Assembly: GCF_001194135.2 (NCBI RefSeq)
Contig: NC_069001.1
Span: 39,086,730 to 39,147,880 of the forward strand
Length of the DNA: 61,151 bases
From: Octopus bimaculoides
Taxonomy: Eukaryota
Reading direction: 5' to 3'
Position numbers and translations under genes: made by a program. Positions 1 through 12,200 of this stretch are shown piece after piece (the first letter of the stretch is position 1; each line of letters starts with the position of its first letter). Under the pieces are notes generated by a model. It saw nothing but the letters and a program-made list of their open reading frames with translations, was not told the DNA's origin and did no database searches.

Positions 1-581
1 TCTGTGTGTCGTATACCAGTGATGGTCCAGTGAGGTAAGTAGCGGACAACTGGCCTTGCAATGTGCAGAGATCGAAGGTGAACAGGAATCGGTGGAATTT
101 AAATGATCAACTTCTCTTATTTACATCGTGGATCATGGGAAGGAAACAAATGTAGAGGAAGAGGACAGGTACATGCCTCGGGCTAAATACCTGCAATATT
201 TCATATAAATTTGCGATTATCTCCTAATTACAATAAATTACAATTTCCTAATTAGTCGTGACCTTTTTGGTTTTGCCAAGCCCAGCTTTCTCTCATTAAT
301 ACTGAGGCAGTTATGGGTCTAGATGTCCTGATAACCACAAATATGTATGTGTGTAGGTATGATTACGTACATATATATATATATATGTATGTATGGATTT
401 ATGTATTTATATATGTATGCATATATGTATGCGAGCATGCTAGCATATACGCAAAATGTATGCATGTGTATATGTAAGCATTTATGTACGTATGCACACA
501 TGTGTGCATGCGTGCAGGTATAGTTTGGGTTATGGTGTTATGTCTTTGCATATTTGCATGTTTAGACACGTGTAAATATAT

Positions 582-671
<90 letters not shown>

Positions 672-797
672 GGAAGAGTCAAAAAGTAATACCATTTTGT
701 TTAGGACAGGTATAATTACCAACATATACACACATATATATGTGTGCAATTGTGTAAATTTCGCTAATACAGTTCGCTAGAGTAAAATACGACCGAC

Positions 798-880
798 CAA
801 GGTGCTCCGCTTTTGGATCGAACCTATGAGTGGTGAATGCGATCCACACACCTTAACCACGTGACCATATTCTCATTCCT
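798..880 (-). mobile_element. Degenerate SINE tRNA-like head
   Basis: ccaaggtgctccgc..ggatcgaacc..ccttaaccac is the reverse complement of an A-box/B-box head like those of other SINE copies here. Confidence 0.5.
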
Positions 881-1388
881 TCACGTTCTCAATTAGGCAG
901 GATTTTTCCTTCTACAACAAGTCCTTGTAGTAATTCTAATGAAGTGGCCCAATTGTCTGTTAGTGTTTGCAATTTACCTGAGAACTACATCGAAATTGTT
1001 TCTCTCCATTTCTCTCAAATTATCTTCTTCTTCTTCTTCTTCTTCTTCCACTCATCACCAAACTCCTTCTCTTGTTTTTATGTTTTGCATACTTCTTAAC
1101 TATCTCATCATGTTTCTGTTGTTGTTATTGTCGTTTTTGTTGTTGCTGTTGTTGTTGTTCATAGTAGTGGTATTTAGCCTCACGTCGATCCTGTATCAAC
1201 ACACCTATCATCAAAGGGATTCCAGCCGCGACGCTGCCGCCTTACACACACACACACACACACGCACACACAGAGGCACATACACACATATAAATATACG
1301 TGTTCGTTCATGTATATATATCAATATGCATGCCTACAAATATATATATACATATGTATGCAAATAGATGTATATATGTATGTATGTG

Positions 1389-1435
<47 letters not shown>

Positions 1436-2229
1436 TATCGTATATTTTGCTTACATTCTCGAAGAAAACTAAATATATATACAACATAAAAGACTGATGG
1501 TAAACAGTACATAAGATACAAACACACACACACACACACACATATATCCTTTCACTCACTCCTTCACTCCTCTTTTATACGTTGAAAGCAGATCAGGCTA
1601 TCAACTGGTAAAAAATTTCATTACGCGTTCGGAAAATCATAGAAAATATATATTTTAGATAGAGAATTATGTTTATCACCTTAAACGCTATTAGATCCTG
1701 CGACTACTACTATACAATGTACTATTAGCTCACCACAAGTAGTGTCTCTAAATTAAAATGCATCAAGTCATGTGCCAGGACTTCATATCTTGATTATTTC
1801 ACGTCTATGCTGAAAATACGATTATTAAAGCGGCAAAGCTCTGAAAATTAGTTGGTAATTATGGAGAACAAAATGGCCACCAGTTTGCTTTCACAGCGAT
1901 GATTGCTTCAAAGAGAAGGAAATATAAAAATACTGTTTACTGGCCATCGTAATTTCGCACTAATTATTCTCCAGTGATTTTCGTTTCCTTTTCATATCTA
2001 TAGCTATTATTAATACACTTCATAAAGATGGTAGTCGTATTGAAAGATTCGTGGTATTTGATATGGTTGTCTCCTTTCTGAGTTTGAATTTCACTGAGGC
2101 AAACTTTGCCGTTCCTCATTTCGTTTTCTATAGAATATAATACCAGTTATGTACTGAGGTTAGTGGTGTCGACTACTACTACCTCCTACACTAAATTCCA
2201 AGTCTTACATGTTACTAGGATAAAAATCA

Positions 2230-2590
2230 TCGTCATCATCATCATCGTTCTGTTTTTAACTTTCTGGCGGTGGTTGTAAATGACGATAACAACGAAGACG
2301 ATGTTAGTGAAGATGATGATAACAATGATGCTGCTGCTGCTGATGATGATGGAGACGAAAACGACGATGACGAGGACGATGACGACAATGACGATGACGA
2401 TGGCGATGATGATGATGATGATGATGATGGTAATGATGCTGAAGATGACAATGGCGGTGATGGTGATGACGATGATGAGAATTACAAGAAGGATGATGAC
2501 AATAATGATGCTGAGGCGGTAATTATGATGACAATGACGACGACGACGACGACGACGATGACTATGGCAACGACAACGACGCAATGATGA
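2230..2590. repeat. Compound (GAT/GAC/AAT)n trinucleotide low-complexity tract
   Basis: Directly visible repeat; it produces the poly-Asp, poly-Met and poly-Ser ORFs in the track. Confidence 0.95.
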
Positions 2591-3068
2591 CAATACAGAC
2601 ACAAGACCCTGTCATCGGCATCAACGCCAGAACGGGTGGCTCCCTCTATCGTGTTCCAACAATAACTAATTAAAGTTGTTAAAACATCATTTCTTTACAA
2701 TTCCGCCGCCGCCGCCGCTGCCGCCCCTGCCGCCATTTCATTGCAATACATTTTAATTTCAAAAACCATAAACAAAAGAAAGATAAAAAAAAAAACCATT
2801 TTCATTTAAATTTGATATTTCACGTATGACATTTGTTTACAAGATGGACGCCAATATAAGATTTAATGAATTTATATTTGCACATTTGAACATGCATTGA
2901 CGACGAACGCAATCTGCACCACACAGCTCCGTCACCTTCTTTTACTTATTTGTGTGNNNNNNNNNNNNNNNNNNNNNNNNNNNNNNNNNNNNNNNNNNNN
3001 NNNNNNNNNNNNNNNNNNNNNNNNNNNNNNNNNNNNNNNNNNNNNNNNNNNNNNNNNNNNNNNNNNNN

Positions 3069-3109
<41 letters not shown>

Positions 3110-3344
3110 AACCCACTTATATATGTGTGTGTGTGAGCATTTGTGTGAGTGTGTACGTTTCATTTGTTTTAGTCAGCTTTTGTGAGTCTTTTCGATTTTA
3201 CAGTGTAATTCTATGTGTATATAACGGCATTAATACATTCCTGTATAAAATAAGTGTGAATATAGTTTTACGCACGGGCACACAGTTGCACACATACACA
3301 CACACAACTAACATATATATATATACATATATATATATATATGT

Positions 3345-3428
<84 letters not shown>

Positions 3429-3742
3429 ATATATGTATATATGTATATACAGCACACACATTCTTATCTCGAAACGCATGCGCACACTCACAGTATATCG
3501 CGAAGTGAACGTACACTCATGAGAGCCGAAATTAACTTGTCAAATTTTCGTAAAAAACCGAATGAAATGATGTAATTTTCTGGAAGCTGATATTACATCA
3601 TGAATGTAATTAGAAATTGTGAAGGAACATTTCATATGGAAATATTTGGCTCCTGGCTTTGGAATGCATTTGCAATACAGGCATATATACAAAGACACAT
3701 AAATACACACATACATTAAAAAAGGTGCATAAAAAACATATA

Positions 3743-3776
<34 letters not shown>

Positions 3777-4402
3777 NNNNNNNNNNNNNNNNNNNNNNNN
3801 NNNNNNNNNNNNNNNNNNNNNNNNNNNNNNNNNNNNNNNNNNNNNNNNNNNNNNNNNNNNNNNNNNNNNNNNNNNNNNNNNNNNNNNNNNNNNNNNNNNN
3901 NNNNNNNNNNNNNNNNNNNNNNNNNNNNNNNNNNNNNNNNNNNNNNNNNNNNNNNNNNNNNNNNNNNNNNNNNNNNNNNNNNNNNNNNNNNNNNNNNNNN
4001 NNNNNNNNNNNNNNNNNNNNNNNNNNNNNNNNNNNNNNNNNNNNNNNNNNNATATATATATATATATACACACTCATATATATGTATATAGGTGAGTGTG
4101 TCTCTGTGTGTATGTGAGTATGTGTGTGTGTGTATGTACACACACATACGCATATAACCTGTACACATATTTATAATTCATTTACTTCAAATTAAATATG
4201 ACAGTTTTATTATATATATGTATATATGTATGTAAATATATATATGTATATCTATCTATTTATATATATGTGTGTATGTGTATGTTGTTGTGTGTGTGTG
4301 TGTGTGTGTGTGAGTATGAATTATAAAAAGAAGAACGCAGAAGGAACAAAGTTTGACGAAATAAAACAGTGGCTTAGCGTTTTTCTCGAAAGAAAATATA
4401 TT

Positions 4403-4432
4403 ATAGCATTTCGGATGTCAATCCTTCGTCAG
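4403..4432 (-). ncRNA. Hammerhead-ribozyme-like core in a PLE 3' region; stem I not evident, probably inactive
   Basis: Minus strand reads CTGACGA-A-GGAT-tgac-ATCC-GAAA-tgctat: a CUGAnGA box, a perfect 4-bp stem II and a GAAA box. It lies just 3' of a same-strand PLE RT remnant. Confidence 0.65.
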
Positions 4433-4479
4433 AAGCCAGAAAGATATAAACATAGAGGAAGTAGAATATAGAACTGTAA

Positions 4480-5500
4480 ATTACAGAATGGCTAGAATCT
4501 AGATGGTTCTGCTGTACTGTCGAGTTTGTGTTTGTTGTGTGGATGCAATTATATAAGATTATGTGCTACAATGTCGGATCTCTGTGAACTGGCGGTACTG
4601 TCCCTTGGTCACGTTTTATGGGATCGTGTTCAGGAAATCCGATAATTTAAAGTAATCGTTTGAAATGTCCCATCAAATACAGGACACAATCCTGTCTATT
4701 CTCTTGGAGGCGCTGAGATGAAGGGTACTGGTTCTAGAATTTTAGACAGTTAAGATGATCCAGTTGCTGTAAGGAGTGCATCATCCTTGTAGAGTGCTCT
4801 GGAGAGGTTAGAGAAGTATTGTTTAATTTGGGAAAGAAGGAATAGATCAACTAGGTCAGTAGTCTGGACTGCGTCAGATGAGCCCATAATTACATCAAAG
4901 AAATCGGTAGATGAGTTGCGGTTTCAGTTATTATCCTTGACGTGAATGAGAGTTTTCCGAGCAGGCAGGACGATATCAACGCCAGATCGAGAAATGGGTG
5001 CGCTCTTTCGACGGGTGAAGGAAATAGAATAGTTAATTATTCATATGCACACACACATGCAGACGAGATGCCTACCAAATTTCTCACCTGAATTATGACA
5101 ACAGTGGCTGATGTTTTGCTCAAGGTACTATGCAATGAATTGGATTGAACCAGCAACCTGATGGTAATCAGGAGAACTACTTAACCACGAATGTACACGG
5201 CCATGCGTGCATTTTTATTTCTCTGTTTATGGCGCTTTTCTAATGGAATCGGCAGAAAGCGGAGAGAGCTGTGCAGGTAAAATGTCGGAGGCTGTCGGTG
5301 CAGTTGGATTAGACTTGTGTTGTTATGAATGCCAAACTTGTACTTCCCATTGATTATATTTGCTAGAGTTCTGCCTCAAGATAGAATTATTATCTTCTTA
5401 GAAACATGGAAATATTTGTGAGAGAGGAAAGTCTAGAGTCAGTTAGATTCGTAGATTTCCTAACCGAGAGATATTCGCAATGTTTCAGATATTCCTACCC
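4480..5500 (-). mobile_element. Penelope-like element reverse transcriptase remnant (stops and frameshifts), interrupted by a SINE
   Basis: Minus-strand translation gives ILRQNSSKYNQW..SDI..IRKA, then DFFDVIMGSSDAVQTTDLVDLFLLSQIKQYFSNLSRALYKDDAL (4780-4905), then DFLNT..KGQYRQF. These match PLE RT motifs FDVTMGSYDGAE..ELVGLFIL..GLYRDDGL and DFLD. Confidence 0.85.
5040..5215 (-). mobile_element. Degenerate tRNA-derived CORE-like SINE (family B) inserted in the PLE
   Basis: ttttgctcaaggtactatgca..ggattgaaccagcaacctgatggt..ctacttaaccac resembles the head region of the better-preserved copy at 49373-49773. Confidence 0.6.
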
Positions 5501-5555
5501 CCGCCCCCCACCATTAACGTTTGCATTTCTATATATTCCGTTTTAATTCAGTTTG

Positions 5556-5586
<31 letters not shown>

Positions 5587-5856
5587 TACTAGTCTTACCT
5601 GTGGTGGTTGTTTTTGTAAATGTGTTGCTCCTGTTCGTGCTATTGTTGTTGTTATTCTTGTTGTAGTGTTTTGCATATGTTTGTTTTTATTGTTCTTGCT
5701 GCTCAGTTGTTGGAGTTTAGTTGTTGATATTGTTGCATATCCTTTTAATCAAGGAGGAAGATTCCGATTTAAAATGCTATCCTCTATCTGCTTTCATCTG
5801 TCACAACTATACACAGAATGTGTTGGATACAAACATATATCACATATACACACATA

Positions 5857-5940
<84 letters not shown>

Positions 5941-6119
5941 TCATACATAATGTATTAAAAAAACAGATACATACACAATATGTATGCAAATAGTTACATA
6001 TATGTACACAAACATTCTTTGTATGCGTGTAAGATTCTATGTATGCATTTATAAGCATATTACACATGTGATGCACACATACACATACATAAGCTGCAGA
6101 AATGCACAGACATGCAAAG

Positions 6120-6188
<69 letters not shown>

Positions 6189-6572
6189 AGTGTGTATATG
6201 TATTACTCACAAATATACTTTCATTCTTATATTGAAATCCTAATGCATTTTCGTTTAAGCGCTATGCATACATATGCTCTTTAAAATACATACAACATAC
6301 ATACGTGTGTGCATTTACATATATTTGTATGTGTGTGCGTTTGTATATTTCGTGTTTTACAGGCCTCACCACAAAACATTTCCATCTGCAGAATGCATCT
6401 CAATAACGAGACATAAAGTGACTTACGCTAATACACTTCACGATTTTGCTCCTGCTCAACTACTGAGTTCAACTATCAATACGTATCAGTCCTATATAAC
6501 ACCGTCACGATAAAACATAGGCTCTGCCTGTTTGCTGTCTGTTTTGTCAGTCAATATTTATTTAAAGCGTTA

Positions 6573-6752
6573 AGGCGGCGAGCTGGCGGAAGCGTTAGTT
6601 GCATCTCGTCCGTCTCTACTTACTCAGTTCAAATGTCGCTGGGGTCGACTTTATCGTTCATCTTTTCGGGGTCCATGAAATAAGCACCAGTTGATAATTG
6701 GGGTCGATGTAATCGACTTACTCCCTTCTCCGAAATTGCTGGCCTTGTGCCA
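6573..6752 (+). mobile_element. tRNA-derived SINE, family A (Meta-domain-like centre)
   Basis: AAGGCGGCGAGCTGGCGGAAGCGTTAG head, then gtcgactttatcgttcatcttttcggggtc..aagcaccag..ggggtcgatgtaatcgactt. The same body recurs more than 10 times in the window. Confidence 0.9.
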
Positions 6753-9023
6753 ACATTTGTTGTCAACGTCTATTTAAAACTTTACGTCTTTACATCCAAC
6801 GTTTATCTTAATGTTCGGTGGCAAGGACTCATAAGATCAAAGAAATATGTCACTCTGAAGTGGAATTCCACTGATGCCAAATTTAACTGTTCCCATTTCG
6901 GGGTCATGTATTCCGCCTCATTATGTTTTGCGTGCATATATCGCGCCCTTGAGGCGTGGTCGGCATGAACTTAGGGCCTCAGCTAAAAGTGACCAGTCAC
7001 GTGAGTCATTATCTCATTTGTCCCAAATATGTTTCATTGTAAATGCGGACACTGCACTTTCCAGTCTGGATATTTGGGGATCTCGAGCAGTGAAATTACT
7101 TTTAGATTCAAAACTTAATTCATAATCGTTTATAATGTTCATGCCATATTCCTCTTCATTAATGTTTTTCTTCAGAATATTAATAAATGTTAACTTATGT
7201 CAGATGGTTAACACAATGTATAAGTTAGTTGTGTAACAGTGTTGTATTTAGGAGATCATGTTATGTTATGTAATCAAGTATATGTATAATATACTTTAAT
7301 AAAATGCCATTTGTACACAATACTACTTTTATGCATGGCTACTACTTAACGATATGCAATCGTGTTGGCGTATCTAGATGGCGAATCGATATAGTGGAGG
7401 AAAATTAGAATTGTACACAATATGCAATATATATTACCATTTGTAGGAATGACTATCCTAGGATAGATATGAAAAAAACAATTCATTCCTGTTGTTGAAT
7501 ACATTTATGAGGAATACGAAATATTGGTGACAGATCTCTTTCAAGATTTTCTCCAGTTGCAAACATTACAGATTTTGATGTAGCAGTTTGGGGTTGAAAT
7601 ACACGCAGAGGGCATCTGTCCAGTAGATGTGGACATAACATTCAAAATCAGCAACCAAAATGGTGTTTATCACTGGTTTCGACGCTGAGTTTTACACTTG
7701 TTCATTCAAAGACAAATTCATTGAACTGTAAGAATCCCAGTGCCAGGTGCACCATTAATAAAAGCCTCAGACTAGAAAGAATGAGATACACTGTACAGCA
7801 CGTCTTAACCCTTTCATTCAGGTAACAATTGCCCGCTATGCTTGCACACTGTCGACGCCAACTCAGTATCCCTAACAGAGCCCGGTCTAACTCGGAGCTA
7901 CGATAAGATTCACATAAACCAGGATGGAATGGAGTGGGGCCGAACATCACATCTCTTACATTCAAGCTCACACGTACACACACATATATGCATACGTACA
8001 TACATGCAAACATATATTGACACACTCACTAACACTAACACACGCGCGCACACACACATATATATATATATAAATGCATACGTATGTACATGCTTGCATA
8101 CGTATACATATAAGTTGATACATATATATGTACGTTCGTACATACATAGATGCACGCATACGTCTAAAGAGACAGACGAACACACATTTATAGATACAAA
8201 TACATTCATACGTTCTTATAGATACGTACATACACACATACATACTTCTGTAGTAACATACACATACACGTATACCTACATTCACACAGATATTTACATA
8301 TCCCCCTAGGTAGGTATTCGCGTGCATATGTTCCTCTACAAGGACGTACACAGAGTTTGCACCTAAAACATTCATTATATATTATTGTTTTTGTAAAGGA
8401 TAATATATTTTCATATAAAAGTCATGTCAATCATAATGAAAAGCCATTGAGTTTCATTTCAGGTTTATTTCGGACAGTTTACACTTAATATCCGCTGATA
8501 TACTTGCATTCACTTTACTCTAATGCTTCAGATCAAAAATTTCATAGTTAATAATTTTCTGAAAATGTCCTGTTTGATGGCAATTTATAATCTGTGTAGT
8601 TATTGTTAAAAATCATAAACTAGAATAGAAGGAGACGAAAAGGTTAAAATTGTGTCCCCGAGTGCGAAGAGTTCTATCAAGGGAGATAATTAAATTTCCA
8701 CATCTTTCTATTTATACAGTAATGTGTGAAACGTGTATCTAGGGAGGGTCGCTTAGTTCTTGCATTCATAAATCAGTAATTTTTAACTGATTCACAGCTT
8801 ATAAAGAATGTAATTATAGAGTATCTACATATATATATTACTTGATGACTTGTCAGGTAAATTTATCATCTCTCTCTTTCTCTCTCTCTCTCTCTCTATT
8901 TATACAAGTACCTTATTTCTGGTTATAGTTCTAAAGTCTCTCCCCAACAGAGAAAAAGCTAGACTCCAATAAACAAGACTCTTTCACTACAATTTAGGCA
9001 ATAACTAGTAAAGCATGTATATA

Positions 9024-9067
<44 letters not shown>

Positions 9068-9120
9068 NNNNNNNNNNNNNNNNNNNNNNNNNNNNNNNNN
9101 NNNNNNNNNNNNNNNNNNNN

Positions 9121-9158
<38 letters not shown>

Positions 9159-9189
9159 CTCGTAATGCGGCAGTGCATGTTATTCCATT

Positions 9190-9600
9190 GAGGAGTTGCT
9201 CTTCACACACAATATCTCTCCGTCCAGTAACACAGGGCATCCGTTTAGCTCCCCGTGTCTCCACCGATGCCGATTCCTGCTTTACTACACGAAAGCCTCT
9301 TCAGAAAATATGTTGCTTTTTATACTCAATGAAACAGATTCCTCGTTTGCATTGAAAATTTGTCTTCCTGCTTCCTGGCTCTGCTCTAACCAACTGGAGT
9401 CTTCTCTGTCATTCTCAGCAGTTTTCCAGTCAGTGTTTTCTACCCTTTTTAACAGTTTATTGGTGGACATGTCAGACATCCAGATTTGAACCAGGATCCC
9501 AAGGAAACACATCTTCCTTGGCAGCTCCCTTCATCACCAGCCTCATGCATCACTTGACTCCTTAGGTCCTTCACTTTTTTAGCGCTTTCCACTTTCATAA
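9190..9600 (-). mobile_element. Decayed RTE-like LINE, post-RT region
   Basis: Mixed minus-strand frames give VESAKKVKDLRSQV..GDEGSCQGR..SWFKSGCL..KG*KTL..EKTPVGW..QEDKF..AGIGIG. This loosely follows the RTE pattern E.V..FKYLGS.I...G..DV..RI..W..SGVL..KLK.K.Y..E.W. Confidence 0.45.
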
Positions 9601-10599
9601 TTATGTACACACCGATATCTGCGACTGATATTGATATGTAACAGCTTTGCACAAACACACACACACACACGTCTCTCTCTCTATATATATGCGTATACAT
9701 TTATACATAATACATATCCAATCAGTTACCATACACATAATCATGTGTGTGTATATATATATACATACACACATGCTTACATGCATGCATGCATACATTC
9801 GTACATACATATTTGTGTCCGTGTGTGTATAAAATTGTATGTATATATTACTGAGCGAAATGTATCTATTAATGTAATATATGGATCTACATCACGAAAT
9901 TATTTTGTGAGTGTATAAAATGTAGGAACATGCAAGTTGGCGAGTTGTTGTATATCAGTGTGTATGATTGTGTATACAGCTACCATTCTCTGTATATTGA
10001 TAACTTCATATATATGCATATGTGTATATAAATATATATACATATATATCTATATATATATATATATATAATTATATATCTATATAAATATATATATCCA
10101 TATATGTAGACATACATCTATGTGTATGTGTCTATATATATGCTTACATGTGTGTGTGTATACTGACACACCTGTAATCACTAATACAACAATATTTATA
10201 GCCAATCGAATGTCAATATGAAGCTGAAACGTAAGAGCACCAAGCCAAGATGGCGGCAGAACAATATTTGCGAGACATGTGACGTTGTTTTTTATCTCTT
10301 GTCAACAGCAACTAAATCAGTTAATTGGTTTACAATAAAAGAAACATGCTATTTTAGTTTGTTGGCTATTAAATACGCCGATAGAGCTGTCTATACACAA
10401 ATATACACCCGACGAACAAAAATAAGGTGTTGCTATGAAGTGACACTGTAGAAAATGTTGTAGAAATAACAGTCGAGTCTCTCTCGGATCACAGCTCACT
10501 GCTTTGAATTGGGTAATGTAAGGATTGAGAAATAGAGCGGTACGTCACGGATGGATTGTCGTTCATATCTATGTTCGATCCGGACATGAGGAAGGAAAA

Positions 10600-10830
10600 C
10601 AACAGCGACATCAACAACAACAGCAGAATAATAGCGGTAACAACAACAACAACAACAACAGCAGCAGGAGCAACAGCAGCAGCACCACGACGACGACCAC
10701 CACCACCACCACCACCACCACCACCACCACCAACAACAACAACCAAAGAACAGTGGCAACAGCTGTACGAACAAGAACATCAACAATAACGGTAACAACG
10801 AAAACAATAACAGCAACAAACCCGTTTCGT
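10600..10830. repeat. Compound (AAC/CAG/CAC)n trinucleotide tract
   Basis: Directly visible; source of the poly-Q/N/T/P and poly-C/W/G ORFs. Confidence 0.95.
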
Positions 10831-11342
10831 GTAACGGTTGTTGTATGGCCCTAGGCTGGCTCTGAGCTAACAAACCTGTGATCAAAATCGTTCCTGCCGT
10901 GACTATTCCATACGACCACATTACAGAATGTATGCATCCTTTCTGAAGTGTATGATAGGCTGAGTAATTTGAGGGTGCTTTGACTTCTATTTTTAGCAGA
11001 TCGAGCGACCCATGATTCTGCTATGATTGAATCATCCTTGTAGGATTGTTTGATTTTTTCAAATTGTCGATGGAATTTGATAAAAGTTGGCGTTTCCAGG
11101 TGTAAACTGTCAGCGGTGTCTCTTTAAATTGAATGATTTTCCCATTCTTGAGTGACAGCTTTCATAAGTTGCATCAATCAACGAGAAATTACTGCATTAA
11201 ACATTCACATTTAGTTTTATTTCTCCTCTTTGTTCACATTCATCGATATCATTGATAGTTTAATTCACAGAAATATTCCAGCTGGAAATCGATAAAGTGA
11301 GGCAGAATATGACAGAACATTGATGGAGATTGATGTTTAGTC

Positions 11343-11343
<1 letters not shown>

Positions 11344-11413
<70 letters not shown>
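11344..11413. repeat. (ATT)n microsatellite
   Basis: Directly visible pure array. Confidence 0.97.
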
Positions 11414-11756
11414 CATTATTTTATTATTAAAGTGATAGTGGAGAGGTAAACGTTGCTTTCTACAAAATTTGTCGAAAGTATGTTCCAAGCGGTGCCAAAA
11501 GATTGAAAAATGAGGAGAGAGTATTTTCTCTAGTGGTCAGGTTGACCATGATTTTGTGGGGTTCCCCACGAGAACCCTTAGAAGTCTCCACACCTATTAA
11601 GGAATTTTCTTGAATGTTTGTTTTCTTGGTTTCTGATATTTCACTCTTAGTGTGATTTCATGAAACTCCGAGTGAAATCACATCACATTATATTGTATCG
11701 TCCTCAAGCTGCCTCTCGATCCTCAGTGGTTAATAAACAAATATTGATGATGATGC

Positions 11757-11787
<31 letters not shown>

Positions 11788-11799
11788 CATCGTCTTTAT

Positions 11800-11990
11800 C
11801 AGTTGGCAGAATCGTTGGGACGTCGGAGAAAATGCTTAGCAGCATTTCTTTCGGCTCCTTAGGATCTGATTTAAAATGCTGCTGAGGTCGATTTTGACTT
11901 CCATCCCTTTGAGGGTTGATAAAATAAGTACCAGTCATATACTGAGGTCGAGGGTATTGATTCTCCTCAAACTTTTTGGCATTTTCCCTA
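11800..11990 (+). mobile_element. SINE family A
   Basis: agttggcagaatcgttgggacgtcggagaaaatgcttagc..gaggtcgattttgacttccatccctttgagggttgataaaataagtaccag. Confidence 0.9.
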
Positions 11991-12032
11991 AAATCAGAAA
12001 TTCTAATATAATGCTAATATTAGTTTCAAATT

Positions 12033-12200
12033 TGGCGAAAGGCCAGCAATTTCGGGGCAGGGGGTCAGTCAATTACATCGACCCCCGGACACTACTCATT
12101 CCATCGGAAGGATGGAAAGCAGATTTGAGCTCAGAACATCAGGACGGACGAAATACCGTGGAACACTCTGTCCGGCGTGCTAACGCTTCTGCCAACTCGC
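12033..12200 (-). mobile_element. SINE family A (internally deleted)
   Basis: Reverse complement reads gcgagttggcagaagcgttagcacgccgga..gttctgagctcaaat..ggggtcgatgtaattgact..cgaaattgctggcc. Confidence 0.9.

Noticed and set aside
2270-2587. 105-aa Asp-rich ORF resembling an acidic protein
   Set aside because: It lies wholly within a (GAT/GAC)n tract that is open in several frames, with no unique coding flanks or splice context.
7290-7310. AATAAA in a 3'-UTR-like stretch
   Set aside because: The hexamer is common in AT-rich DNA and no upstream coding exon was found.
7440-7800. Complex segment with a weak PLE-RT-like phrase (LQFNEFVFE) on the minus strand
   Set aside because: Downstream RT motifs could not be found in any frame; left unassigned.
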